DNA from: a virus
IMG/VR virus record: IMGVR_UViG_3300039191_000223
Coordinates: 38,700 to 102,699 of that record
Length of the DNA stretch: 64,000 nucleotides
Reading direction: 5' to 3' (one strand)
The position numbers were made by a program, and so were the translations under genes. Of the stretch, positions 9,885 to 19,780 are shown piece after piece. The notes beneath the pieces were generated by a model. It made no database searches. It saw only the letters and a list, made by a program, of their open reading frames with translations, and had not been told where the DNA came from. The first letter of the stretch is position 1. Each line of letters starts with the position of its first letter.

Positions 9885-11120
9885 TTACGTACCAGACGTA
9901 TCGATGTCTCCCGGTGTTATCTGGAAACTGAAGCCGGGTATTTCGTCCCCCGTCTCCACTGTTGGCCCCGGTTCATGAGATTGTGTGTTATTTTCAATCT
10001 TGCCAATTTTATCAGTATACATGTAATCTGTACGCGGCTTAGATTTAAATCCAAAAGCCTCGGACTTGGCTTCAACAACACCCGCCTTCAGGTACATATC
10101 GGCTACACTCTCAATGAACTCTTTCGTCCGAAGAATAGATAGTTCGTCACCATTCTCACCAGTTTTAGCATCTGCAACAAATGCGCGAAGCTCTTTTTGT
10201 AGACGAGTAGGATTGACACCAATCTGTTCTAACAATCTTTGTTCACCTTTTGTGATAGTACCACCACCACGTACATCACGTAAAGACTGTGCAATAGCTT
10301 GACGAAGGTGTGCACGCGCATTATGGTCCTCGTAGTCAGCTTCACTAAACGTATTGATCTGTAGTTTAAGTTGATCATACAAATCTTCTAGAATCAAGAC
10401 TTCTTTCATAGCACCTTCAATGAATGACATACCATTAAGAATGCCTTCCTGCATTTCACTAATTTCAATCATCAGTTCGTGAAGATGAAGTTCATCAATT
10501 TTCGCGGGGCGGGCTTCACCAAGCTTCTCATCATAAACCATCATTTCAACACGGGTCTTATCGCCATCTGAAACCGAAACGTGGAACGGTACTGGCTTGT
10601 CCTTAATCTCTGCCGCCGAAATATATTCTTCGGTGACAGGTGCATTTTGCTCCTGCATGATTTCAAGATACCGATCTTTCTTTTTAAACAACCGACGAAG
10701 CTTAACTTCGTTTTTCATGTGTCGGTACTTGGACTCATTCAATGCAGACCGGCGGCTGGACATTTCGGCACTGATCTGTCGCATGTTGAACCAAGGATCA
10801 TAGTGATCTAGGTTGATCATGCGACGGGTCCACTCCGAGTGGTTACGGTTGTAAATATTAGACAATTCTTTGGTTTTGCTTATTGCAGAATCAACACGTT
10901 CCATGTTGTATGCAAGAGAATGGCCACCAAAACTCTTTAGCTCTGCTAGTTTGCCACGAGCAAAACTATCTTTCAGAGTCGGAAGGTGTTTAGGTGTAAT
11001 CTCCGGCAATGTTGTCAAGCTCATTGTATCTTCGAGAGCTTCCAATGCGGTTGTCTGTGCGTTGTTAGCTTCTAGTTCAGATGACTGTAGTACATCAAAT
11101 TCTTTGTTATCTTCGTCCAT
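9885..11120 (-). CDS. hypothetical coiled-coil protein
   Basis: 411 aa ORF, helical composition. Confidence 0.8.
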   Translation of the reverse strand: MDEDNKEFDVLQSSELEANNAQTTALEALEDTMSLTTLPEITPKHLPTLKDSFARGKLAELKSFGGHSLAYNMERVDSAISKTKELSNIYNRNHSEWTRRMINLDHYDPWFNMRQISAEMSSRRSALNESKYRHMKNEVKLRRLFKKKDRYLEIMQEQNAPVTEEYISAAEIKDKPVPFHVSVSDGDKTRVEMMVYDEKLGEARPAKIDELHLHELMIEISEMQEGILNGMSFIEGAMKEVLILEDLYDQLKLQINTFSEADYEDHNARAHLRQAIAQSLRDVRGGGTITKGEQRLLEQIGVNPTRLQKELRAFVADAKTGENGDELSILRTKEFIESVADMYLKAGVVEAKSEAFGFKSKPRTDYMYTDKIGKIENNTQSHEPGPTVETGDEIPGFSFQITPGDIDTSGT

Positions 11121-11129
11121 TATAGCCTC

Positions 11130-12410
11130 TTATCTAAATCGTTTGGAACCATGGACCCAAATAACTAAGGCCCATCGTTCACCTTCTTGCATTGGTGTTA
11201 CTTTATGTAGACAATAACTTGGGAACAGTGCCAAAGCACCCCGATCCCGCGAAGCATTTAGCATTTCACCGTTGCTATTGACCATCAAATCACCACCAGT
11301 ATATTGATCAGGTGCGGTTAGTTGCACCGACACACTAATTTTCCGCGTAGAACTTGTCATGTTTCCCACGTCAACATGCCACTCATAGTGGCCGGGGTCT
11401 TCGCCAGAATCGTAATGTAGAAGCTGGAGTTCATGCGTAATCCCCATGATTTCATAATCAAAGTGTTCCGCGTTTACAATACTCACAATACGCGCTAGCT
11501 TATCAAATGCCCAACGTGTATCATCGTTCATTGGAATTTGATATAAGTCTACATTGCGAATATCTTTCTTAATTAGACCATCAGCACCAGCACCTATACT
11601 GCCTTCTTCCGCGTACATGGATGATGCAAACCCAATGATCCGTTCACACTCTTCTGGGGTAAACGCAAGGTTTGGATGTGTTGTAGACGTAATACTAGCT
11701 AAACCGGGAATCTGTAGGTCCCAACTTGGAATCATTACACCGTTATAAATCGGGAATACTCCTTGTCGCGATTGTTTTACGTTACCAGTGTCAGGACTTT
11801 GCTGCCCTACAGTTTGGTTTTGATTTTCTGCCTTAGTGTCGGCACCCAGCCCAAGCTCAGGTCTGCCGTCAAATTTATTATCTTTGTGTGGTCCGTTGGC
11901 GTCTACGAAATGAAAAAATACTTGGCACTGCCATTCACCTTTAAATTCTGGACGCCAATGTACAAGGTCTTCTCCACGGTATAGCAAAAAGTCACCAATC
12001 TTAAGATCAACACGTTTCCCGCGTTCATCGTTAGGGTCAGCCGCTAGATAAATTGGCCAGACATTCATGCCATCAAATCCCAGCGTTAGTGTACCGCTAA
12101 TCTCACATGATGGGCGATCAGTATGTCGCGATAGCACTTCACCCGTTCGATAGATACGCGCATAGGTATATGTTGGGGTCAACTCTTTTCCAATGTGCTG
12201 TCCAATTGGCTCAGCAAGTTTTTCTAACAATCCATCAAACACTGGATCACCATAAATCGCTTCCGACTTAGGACACTGGTCATCCTTCACCATTTTACCA
12301 TCTTCACACAATTGGAACATACGCTTTGTTAGATTTTCACATAAATCTTTGGATAGCACATCATGCAACAGAACATATGAATTATTCTCAAAATATTCTC
12401 TGGGCGTCAT
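11130..12410 (-). CDS. tandem 2OG-Fe(II) oxygenase (two domains)
   Basis: HTD...HWR and HVD...HKV...R motifs joined by a Q-rich linker. Confidence 0.88.
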   Translation of the reverse strand: MTPREYFENNSYVLLHDVLSKDLCENLTKRMFQLCEDGKMVKDDQCPKSEAIYGDPVFDGLLEKLAEPIGQHIGKELTPTYTYARIYRTGEVLSRHTDRPSCEISGTLTLGFDGMNVWPIYLAADPNDERGKRVDLKIGDFLLYRGEDLVHWRPEFKGEWQCQVFFHFVDANGPHKDNKFDGRPELGLGADTKAENQNQTVGQQSPDTGNVKQSRQGVFPIYNGVMIPSWDLQIPGLASITSTTHPNLAFTPEECERIIGFASSMYAEEGSIGAGADGLIKKDIRNVDLYQIPMNDDTRWAFDKLARIVSIVNAEHFDYEIMGITHELQLLHYDSGEDPGHYEWHVDVGNMTSSTRKISVSVQLTAPDQYTGGDLMVNSNGEMLNASRDRGALALFPSYCLHKVTPMQEGERWALVIWVHGSKRFR

Positions 12411-13237
12411 GTCAATACCTCTGGATAAAACATTTCATAATACGGTAGGTTGCGTTCTATAATTTGCTTGTGGAATGCAGGATCGCTTACGCGCTTTTCT
12501 TTCTTCTTTGTCAGCAGCGAGGGCGATACCTTATGGCTAGTCCGCTCTCGGAAATAGACGGCATCGTGTTCATAGATTTCAGATTGTTGAATATTGTCAA
12601 AATCGTGTTCGAATTTTTCTTCACCTAAGAACGAGTATACCCTATTTAACTCTTTGAACGGATCGACAATAAGGTCTTCATATCGAATGAAAATAACGTC
12701 ACGGGTCTGCTTGCGTGCAGCCTCTAGTACACGAGGAAGCTCATAGGTGAACGCCCCCGACAAAGGGTTTCCCGTTTCGAAATAATAGCGATATCGTTCT
12801 TGATCTGTCATACCCGGAAGTAACCCATGAGTTTTATCAAAGGTATGCATGATTTTTGTTTTTGCATTTACACGATCAAAGGATTCGACAATATCTCGTA
12901 GATCACGAATCATAGCAATGTATTTACCTTCGGGGAACAGGTGGTAATAGCCCGACCAATTTCTAGACTTAGAAATGACCACTGGCTTATCAGTAAGTGC
13001 ATCAAACCAACCATGGACCCCGGCAATCGCAAATCCGTGCAATGCTTCGTCAGCCCGCTCTATAGGCATAGCCATGAATTCTTCACGACCCCTAGTGTTA
13101 ATTGCGACTTGATTTAGGATGTTAGGAACAGGACACGTTCCGGTTGTAAAGATACGATGATTTTGCTGAAGGACGTTCATTAAAACTGTAGAGCCTGAAC
13201 GAGGGAGTCCCCCACAGAAGTGCAATTGTTTTGGCAT
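12407..13237 (-). CDS. sulfotransferase family protein
   Basis: GLPRSGST, IRDLRDIVES, RYEDL. Confidence 0.88.
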   Translation of the reverse strand: MPKQLHFCGGLPRSGSTVLMNVLQQNHRIFTTGTCPVPNILNQVAINTRGREEFMAMPIERADEALHGFAIAGVHGWFDALTDKPVVISKSRNWSGYYHLFPEGKYIAMIRDLRDIVESFDRVNAKTKIMHTFDKTHGLLPGMTDQERYRYYFETGNPLSGAFTYELPRVLEAARKQTRDVIFIRYEDLIVDPFKELNRVYSFLGEEKFEHDFDNIQQSEIYEHDAVYFRERTSHKVSPSLLTKKKEKRVSDPAFHKQIIERNLPYYEMFYPEVLT

Positions 13238-13252
13238 ATAAAATCTTTATGT

Positions 13253-13330
13253 TGGTAGCGGGGGGAGGATTTGAACCTCCGACCTCCAGCGTATGAAACT
13301 GGCGAGCTAACCAAACTGCTCTACCCCGCA
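13253..13330 (-). tRNA. tRNA-Met(CAT), initiator-like body
   Basis: GCGGGGTAGAGCAG 5' end, 1:72 mismatch, loop TTCATAC; lacks GGG/CCC anticodon stem. Confidence 0.88.
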
Positions 13331-13343
13331 ATCGTTAATTATT

Positions 13344-13622
13344 TTATCCTACAGACTCTTTGAGTTCTTTTAGCTCACTAGTTAAGTCACTTATAGTCTT
13401 ATTGGTATCCTTAAGAGCGAGAGTATCTGTATGATAAAAACAATGAAATGGAATTTTGTTTGACTGCATTTCTATGTATAAATCAGAATTTTTAAATTTA
13501 TCAGCTACTTCCTCTATCTTTTCTTTAACAAGGTGGGATAGTATTGCACCAACATTAACCGTTATGTCGAATATATAACCTGTCTTATCGCCACCTAAAT
13601 CAATTGGTATTACGTTTATCAT
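13344..13622 (-). CDS. hypothetical protein
   Basis: AAGGA RBS and TATAAATA upstream. Confidence 0.65.
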   Translation of the reverse strand: MINVIPIDLGGDKTGYIFDITVNVGAILSHLVKEKIEEVADKFKNSDLYIEMQSNKIPFHCFYHTDTLALKDTNKTISDLTSELKELKESVG

Positions 13623-13656
13623 TATTATTATCCTTTATTTATATACTGGAATTATA

Positions 13657-13863
13657 TCAGTGAGCATCAATGTTTATTTGACTTGCTAGTTTTGGAATGG
13701 AATATCCTATACCTTCAACAATGGCAAGAAAGATATTCCCATCATAGACCAGATCAGCTGTTTTAAGTTTACGCTCAATATCACTACCCTCTTCACGGGC
13801 CAGCCTTTCAAGCTGTTCCATCGTGGCAATAGTGTAGTCCACATCTTTTGATTCTTTGATCAT
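13657..13863 (-). CDS. hypothetical protein
   Basis: 68 aa ORF downstream of a tRNA. Confidence 0.6.
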   Translation of the reverse strand: MIKESKDVDYTIATMEQLERLAREEGSDIERKLKTADLVYDGNIFLAIVEGIGYSIPKLASQINIDAH

Positions 13864-13879
13864 TTTTTACTCGCTTTTT

Positions 13880-13956
13880 TGGTACGTCAGGTGGGACTTG
13901 CACCCACTGCCTTCCGCTTATAAGACGGACGCTTTTACTACTTCAGCTTCTGACGC
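13880..13956 (-). tRNA. tRNA-Ile(TAT)
   Basis: Stem TCCGT/GCGGA, loop CTTATAA, CCA; T loop TGCAAGT. Confidence 0.85.
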
Positions 13957-14028
13957 ATTGGATTTTTTAAACGTGCTCAATTCCAATGCGTCGTATTCGT
14001 TGTGTCATTTTCTTCATTTACGTTTTCC

Positions 14029-14526
14029 TTAAAAATCAATATTAAATACTACTGGAAAGCTCTCATAAGAACCATCCTCCGCTATGTTCAAAACAATTGC
14101 CTGAATCTCTACTTCACCCAATTCAGGGTAGTTCAGTAGTGTGTAATACATATCGATATCGTTATTTAGTGTACCGGCAAGACCTGTATATCCAAATCCC
14201 GTATAGCTACCTTCAAGTGCTGGAGAGAAAACATAGTTACCAGTCATAGCAGACTGAAATACTGATACCAAAACGGGAGATGCAATAATCACTTTCTTAT
14301 GTGCGTTAGTATCGACTAAAGCTAGTACTCCATCCGTTACCTGCTCCAACGCCTTAGCCAATGGAAAGTGACCTGATGGTGAGATATCACCCAAATCAAC
14401 AACGGGCGTATTCATGATTAGTTGCTTTTTAAATACCAAATCAATACAAAATACCACTTCGCTTTCGACTTCGACTTCGACTGTTTGCTCACGGATACTG
14501 TTATAATGTCCAGTAGCAATTACCAT
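14029..14526 (-). CDS. short protein resembling a segment of gp23-type major capsid protein
   Basis: IIASPVLVSVFQSA...GLAGTLNNDIDMY; an 11-nt tandem duplication near 14555-14582 may disrupt a longer 5' end. Confidence 0.5.
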   Translation of the reverse strand: MVIATGHYNSIREQTVEVEVESEVVFCIDLVFKKQLIMNTPVVDLGDISPSGHFPLAKALEQVTDGVLALVDTNAHKKVIIASPVLVSVFQSAMTGNYVFSPALEGSYTGFGYTGLAGTLNNDIDMYYTLLNYPELGEVEIQAIVLNIAEDGSYESFPVVFNIDF

Positions 14527-14612
14527 ATTCCCCGGCTTGATACTACCGAATAGTTGATGTTCAAATGATGTTCAAATGATGTTGATGTGATATCGATCAT
14601 GTAAATTTTCCA

Positions 14613-14978
14613 TTAAGTTCCGAACTTCTGCTTAAGGCGTTCGAATTCTGCCTTGTCTTTCTTATCCCGTTGTTCTTTTAATCTCTTTTCTTTTGCGATT
14701 TTATTATTGCGACGCTTGCGAGTAGCCTCTACTCGCTTTGTCATTTCTTTATCGCTTTCCCAACGCATATACATAATGTGATGAATATTAGTTGCAAAAT
14801 CCCAAGCTATTGCAATATTCTCTGAATCACATGCGCCTAGTTCATCAATCGCATATGATTCTATGTCTGCTAGACATTGACGCATTTCTGTAATACAACC
14901 GGTTGCCCTATATTCTGGCAGAGGATGGGATCGCCCAATCTTAATACGTGTGCTGTAATAGGGATCGTTGTCTCCCAT
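14613..14978 (-). CDS. hypothetical protein
   Basis: 121 aa, charged helical C-terminus. Confidence 0.7.
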   Translation of the reverse strand: MGDNDPYYSTRIKIGRSHPLPEYRATGCITEMRQCLADIESYAIDELGACDSENIAIAWDFATNIHHIMYMRWESDKEMTKRVEATRKRRNNKIAKEKRLKEQRDKKDKAEFERLKQKFGT

Positions 14979-14982
14979 TTTC

Positions 14983-15447
14983 TTAATCCTTTCTGATAGA
15001 ATCTCTAATCTTATGTAGTCTACTACAAAACTCCTGTCGAGTCAATACAGTTTCATTCTGTTTGGTTCGACCAATACTGTGCTTCAATACAGCATTACCG
15101 GTTGCCTTCAAAGCATTAAGAGCCTTCTCGTTTTGTGTGAACATTGTCGAGTACGCTTCATCGAGCAAGTCTTGATATTCTTGAGAATCACGTTCAAGCG
15201 GCTCACCATCCCACCACAAGATTTGCGTGCGCTGCCAGTTCTTCTTTGCCCCGGAACGCTTAGCTGCTAATCCAGTCAACGTGCAGATGTGTCGCTGCAT
15301 ATCGGGCTCTTTAAATTTAAGTGATTGTAGGAACCCTTCCATAGAAGAAACTGCCACACCACGAAATACAAAGGGGTGTGGGGCGAAGTTACTTAGTGCT
15401 CCGGCGGGGTATCCGCTACCGGATTTAATGTCCATCGTAATATTCAC
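14983..15447 (-). CDS. NADAR-like protein (T4 gp30.3 family)
   Basis: YPAGALSNFAPHPF...SMEGFLQSLKF...HSIG...TVLTRQEFC. Confidence 0.8.
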   Translation of the reverse strand: MNITMDIKSGSGYPAGALSNFAPHPFVFRGVAVSSMEGFLQSLKFKEPDMQRHICTLTGLAAKRSGAKKNWQRTQILWWDGEPLERDSQEYQDLLDEAYSTMFTQNEKALNALKATGNAVLKHSIGRTKQNETVLTRQEFCSRLHKIRDSIRKD

Positions 15448-15688
15448 CGCGAGCCTTAAGATAAATTACATTCGCAACGTGTCTCGCCCTTGCACTCGGA
15501 AACCAATCCAGTAGGTTCAGAGTGTCATAGTATAGTGCGAAGTTTTCAGTGAATTCCTCTTTCGTGAGCCCATACTCAACAACATAATCAGCAAGATGAT
15601 TCACCATAAATTCAGCAGTACGAAGTCTAATATAAATTGTGGCAAACAAACACAATGTGGTTAGGAAAAAAGAAATCATATTCTGCAC
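15425..15688 (-). CDS. hypothetical protein
   Basis: 87 aa with hydrophobic N-terminus. Confidence 0.55.
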   Translation of the reverse strand: MQNMISFFLTTLCLFATIYIRLRTAEFMVNHLADYVVEYGLTKEEFTENFALYYDTLNLLDWFPSARARHVANVIYLKARGEYYDGH

Positions 15689-15763
15689 CTTAAGCCATTT
15701 TAGATACGTTGTTTGTGTAAATGAAGGATTTTACTTTTAGGATACTGGTACTGATTCGAAAAC

Positions 15764-15839
15764 TGGTGCCGCCACGAGGATTTGAACCCCGGACATTCTG
15801 ATTACAAGTCAGACGCTCTACCAACTGAGCTATAGCGGC
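15764..15839 (-). tRNA. tRNA-Thr(TGT)
   Basis: Canonical cloverleaf, loop CTTGTAA, CCA. Confidence 0.95.
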
Positions 15840-15851
15840 ATATTCGTTTAT

Positions 15852-16556
15852 TTATGCTGGCATGAGAACAGTATTCTCATACAGTTTCTGTCCTTTAACG
15901 TAATTCAATTCACCAAAGATGAAGTCCTTGAAGAACGGAGTATCAAGATAACTATCTTGCCACATTTCTAGAATCAAAATGGGACGATCCCTCCTAAGCA
16001 ATTCTGTCGCACCTTTCAAAGCTTCTTCTTCATATCCCTCAATGTCCAAATGAATTATACTAACCCGATGTCTGGGATGTATAGCCCAATCAAGTATAAA
16101 GATTAGAACCTCTTCTGAGTTATCTTCTGTAGCTACCCAGCGATCAGATTCTACCTTACTTGCGCATCCGATATCCTTGCCCTGTTCTTTAGTAATCATG
16201 CGAATGGTTTCACCATGGGTAGAGCCAAGGGCAGCATGAATAACTTTCGTTTGGTGCGTATGGTAGTTTAGATCAACGGTGATCTTTGCACAACGATAGT
16301 TTTCGAACACTGGTTCAAAAGCATACACTACTGCGTTATCAGATGCAAGTGCGGGGAGAAAATCACCAAAGTATGCACCTGCATGAACTACAGCACCATC
16401 GCCACGGTTTGCAAGAATGAAGTCAATTGTATCTTTTTCATACGTGTGCCCACCTAGTATCCTTCCAGCAACAGTTCGGTGACTCGAAGAGCGAGGGATA
16501 CAATAGTTCCCATATTTGTTTTTTGCAAAAATGCAATCAATCGCTTCTGACATCAA
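15852..16556 (-). CDS. FkbM family methyltransferase
   Basis: HAGAYFG, YAFEP, HLDIEGYE, PILILE. Confidence 0.88.
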   Translation of the reverse strand: MMSEAIDCIFAKNKYGNYCIPRSSSHRTVAGRILGGHTYEKDTIDFILANRGDGAVVHAGAYFGDFLPALASDNAVVYAFEPVFENYRCAKITVDLNYHTHQTKVIHAALGSTHGETIRMITKEQGKDIGCASKVESDRWVATEDNSEEVLIFILDWAIHPRHRVSIIHLDIEGYEEEALKGATELLRRDRPILILEMWQDSYLDTPFFKDFIFGELNYVKGQKLYENTVLMPA

Positions 16557-16840
16557 TTTCTCCCAACGATGTACAACCTAGCACAGACTTCGTGCTTATT
16601 TTCGAAATCAAAAATAACCTCAACACCATCTATTGACTGCTTGGTGCTTGGTGCTTGGTGCCGTGTATCGCCATTTATGCTTAGGGGGGCGGTGTTATAG
16701 TTATTTATGTATCCAGTACCATTTGCCGCCGCTCTCAATGACTGTAGGCAGTACGCCGTGAACCTTGTTAAATATCGCGCTCCACTGACCAATGTCAATA
16801 CTACCATCCTCATTAACATATCTTTTATACGTGAAGCCAC
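16553..16840 (-). CDS. hypothetical protein
   Basis: 95 aa ORF overlapping the next start. Confidence 0.45.
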   Translation of the reverse strand: MASRIKDMLMRMVVLTLVSGARYLTRFTAYCLQSLRAAANGTGYINNYNTAPLSINGDTRHQAPSTKQSIDGVEVIFDFENKHEVCARLYIVGRN

Positions 16841-16983
16841 AACATGGCATACAGTGCATTATACTTTCACTACCATGACACTCACAGTCGCATATTTGAC
16901 TTTTTTAAAATTATCTTCCACAATCAGTATCCTCAGACAGTTTTTGTAATACGCTCACCAGCATGCCTTAGCTATTGATTTCT

Positions 16984-17058
16984 GGGTGCTTCCTGCCTGA
17001 TTCGAACAGGCGATTTGAACTTACGAGGTTCGCGTTTTTCCAGCTAAACTAAGGAAGC
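16984..17058 (-). tRNA. tRNA-Thr(CGT)
   Basis: Loop CTCGTAA; 3' end ACCC rather than ACCA. Confidence 0.85.
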
Positions 17059-17063
17059 AATTA

Positions 17064-17246
17064 CTACAACTGTTTAAATAATTCTATTCGCATATTTTCA
17101 CGTTTGAGCATTAGCTTGTCCATTTTGTCACGATCTTCGGGACTGGGTTGCTCTTTCGTGCTATACGCTTCACACCATAAGGATTGTATTTCATCCCAAT
17201 TTTCTTTCATGTCATCAAAAATTTCTTTATTTTTAGGGGGGTTCAT
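17064..17246 (-). CDS. hypothetical protein
   Basis: 60 aa, ATAAATA upstream. Confidence 0.55.
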   Translation of the reverse strand: MNPPKNKEIFDDMKENWDEIQSLWCEAYSTKEQPSPEDRDKMDKLMLKRENMRIELFKQL

Positions 17247-17266
17247 TATTATATTTATTCTTTCAA

Positions 17267-17673
17267 CTATGCGCTTATCAACAAATTTTGGGGACGAAGG
17301 TTGATGTGCTGTACCTCACAGCTAGTAATCAACGTCTTGTCATCCCAATCGGGGGTAACAAAAAAGACTGGGGTGAGCAAAAGCTCATCTGCCATATTCT
17401 CGGCCATTTTACCTGCGGGGTATCAAGAAAACGAATCGATGCACAGAGATAACCTTCAGAATCAATGTAAAGATTATCAACCCAATGGCTGACCTTAGAC
17501 GGATTAACATCGTATTTATCTACGTCAGATTCATCTTCAAGCATGCCAATGAAATTTTCACGAACCAGATATGTTTCGATAGCACCCTCCAACATGATCT
17601 TGGGAAAGATCAAACCCTTATTCGGAGTAGGCTCATCAACTTTCATGCGACTGCGGTAGATTCGATTAGTCAT
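17267..17673 (-). pseudogene. divergent prohead protease (gp21-like) paralog, frameshifted in this sequence
   Basis: GLIFPK...FIGMLE...VNPSKVSH...IRFLDTP, then GKMA in another frame; shift at the G4 run 17417-17420. Confidence 0.55.
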
Positions 17674-17722
17674 GGTATGTCTCCTGAATATGCACGCACT
17701 TTAGACTTTCTTGGAGTCTTTG

Positions 17723-18316
17723 TCAAGCATAATCTGCGCGAGATACATCCTTGTGTAGAAGACCAGTCATCCATCGCGTGAACATAACATAAAGGAGTGG
17801 GTCCTGCCCGTCCACAAGCCACGGACAATCTTCCGCGTTAGTATCACTCATTGGCGCAGGGACAGTTACCCATTCATTATGGGCTTTACCTTCAAGCACG
17901 GAGCCATCAGTTTCAATTTCAATCTGATCCCACATATCTTCTTCTGTAAGATCGACTACGAACAAGTGATATAGCGTGTCACTACTCTTCGTGCCACGAC
18001 ACGTACCAAGACTCATAATACAACTTTCATCGTTTAGGACGATACCGGCTTCTTCGCGAAGCTCTTCAAGTACGGTATCAATTGGGGTGGGGTGTCTATC
18101 TTTCTCCCAACCACCAGTGATCGAACTGACGTTCAGCCCATCACCCCAACAGGGGGTGAATTCATGTCGCACTAGCATCCCACGGCTAAAACTTACAGGA
18201 AGGATAGCTACAATGTTGCCATCACACCGAGACTCGTGAACGAATTCATAACTGTACCCATCACCATCACGTTGCTTTAGTTGCACGAACTTTCCGGCAT
18301 GTAGGGTTGTATCCAT
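17723..18316 (-). CDS. NUDIX hydrolase
   Basis: GGWE...VLEELREEAGI Nudix box. Confidence 0.85.
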   Translation of the reverse strand: MDTTLHAGKFVQLKQRDGDGYSYEFVHESRCDGNIVAILPVSFSRGMLVRHEFTPCWGDGLNVSSITGGWEKDRHPTPIDTVLEELREEAGIVLNDESCIMSLGTCRGTKSSDTLYHLFVVDLTEEDMWDQIEIETDGSVLEGKAHNEWVTVPAPMSDTNAEDCPWLVDGQDPLLYVMFTRWMTGLLHKDVSRADYA

Positions 18317-18717
18317 TTAAAATCTCCAAATATTAAATTGTAGTCGAGTAAAGCTTCTTCATTCGTTGTAAACAAAAGACCAACATTGTAACCCAGTATA
18401 GCTTTTTCGAAATTAAGATAGCCTAAGTTCAAGGGGCGCATTGTATCATTACTGGATAATATAGTCAATCGTAGCGAGCAATCATATAAGTAATCTAATA
18501 GTACGCTATAATTTTTTACGCTTCGGAAAAAATCATCAGTTTTAAATTCAATGAGAATATTATACTTAAGGTCATAGTAATTGTGGCTTAATGTAATTTG
18601 AAAGTTAGATTCAATTAGCCAAGAGTGTTTCGTAGTAACAACATACATTTCATACCAGTGAGCATGCAATTGAATCAATTGCTCCAATTGATTCAATTGC
18701 GGTGTTATGATGCTCAT
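18277..18717 (-). CDS. hypothetical protein
   Basis: ATGA overlap with groES. Confidence 0.6.
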   Translation of the reverse strand: MSIITPQLNQLEQLIQLHAHWYEMYVVTTKHSWLIESNFQITLSHNYYDLKYNILIEFKTDDFFRSVKNYSVLLDYLYDCSLRLTILSSNDTMRPLNLGYLNFEKAILGYNVGLLFTTNEEALLDYNLIFGDFKWIQPYMPESSCN

Positions 18718-19007
18718 ACTGGAAGTTTACCGAGAACCCCACTCGACAATACGCACACAAATTCTTCATGGTCAATTTCAAAAGTTTTTTCATGTGCGAG
18801 AGTATACACGATACGGTCCCCAACCTCAATACCAGTCTCACGAAACTCACCGTCATCAGTATATGTGCCCGGTCCTACCGCTAACACCTTACCGATACGT
18901 GGCTTATCTTTGTCGATCTTCGCCAAATGAATACCACCGGGGGAAGTTTTTTCGTCTTCTTCTTTCTCAATTACGAGGATGTTACGCAGGGGTCTAATTG
19001 TTGGCAT
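18714..19007 (-). CDS. groES: co-chaperonin GroES
   Basis: IRPL...TSPGGIHL...GKVLAVGPG...VGDRIVY. Confidence 0.92.
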   Translation of the reverse strand: MPTIRPLRNILVIEKEEDEKTSPGGIHLAKIDKDKPRIGKVLAVGPGTYTDDGEFRETGIEVGDRIVYTLAHEKTFEIDHEEFVCVLSSGVLGKLPV

Positions 19008-19040
19008 ATCTGTCTCCTAATACCTAATTAAAAATAAAGT

Positions 19041-19133
19041 TGGCGGAAGGTGAGGGATTCGAACCCTCATACCACTTACGTAGCTTTCTGTTTAGCAAAC
19101 AGCCCCGGACAGGCCAATCCCGGCACACCTTCC
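19041..19133 (-). tRNA. tRNA-Ser(GCT)
   Basis: Loop TTGCTAA, long variable arm, CCA. Confidence 0.9.
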
Positions 19134-19231
19134 ATTTTTGTTCTATAAAGAGGGCATGAAACCCATGTATGATCTAATTATAGTACCACACGTGAACCAT
19201 TCATGCAACTCATTTATACATCCTTGTTTGT

Positions 19232-19311
19232 TGGCACCCCCGACAGGAGTCGAACCTGCATGAATCCAGTTACTCTTTCTACGGCTTAGAAGGCCAAGGA
19301 GATACGGGGGC
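19232..19311 (-). tRNA. atypical D-armless tRNA-Arg(TCT)-like RNA
   Basis: 7-bp acceptor, canonical T arm, GCCA; GGC-CTTCTAA-GCC with no preceding D arm. Confidence 0.7.
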
Positions 19312-19491
19312 ATTAAATCCAGAAGTCAGGTGCCATACGTTCGGCGTAACCTTCCCACTGTTCAAGTCGGTAGGCTTCGGCCTCTTCTGGTGTGCTGAAG
19401 TATGGGCCGATGATACCGGGAAACCCATCCGGCTCGTCTTCTATCAATTTAAGAAGATTGGCCCTAACAACTTTCGGATCATATACCATAT

Positions 19492-19677
19492 TTAGCCCTT
19501 CTGCACAGTGGGGTTTTCCTGCGTAATATCGTTGTTTCCTCGAAGCTCTTCATCGCGAGCATCGACTTCATCGATATATGACCGGTCACCGTCACTTGCT
19601 ATTATTTGCATTTTAACAGCAATCATAGCGATCAGGACAACCAGTAAAATCCCTGTAATAATTTCAGTAATGTCCAT
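19492..19677 (-). CDS. small membrane protein
   Basis: N-terminal TM segment, AGGA RBS. Confidence 0.6.
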   Translation of the reverse strand: MDITEIITGILLVVLIAMIAVKMQIIASDGDRSYIDEVDARDEELRGNNDITQENPTVQKG

Positions 19678-19693
19678 GTCGATATTATCCTAT

Positions 19694-19770
19694 TGGTAGG
19701 GATGGTGGGATTCGAACCCACGATTTTGACTTAGGAGGTCAACGTTTGTTCCTGACTAAACTACACCCCT
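19694..19770 (-). tRNA. tRNA-Arg(CCT)
   Basis: Loop CTCCTAA, CCA. Confidence 0.92.
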
Positions 19771-19780
19771 GTTATTGTTA

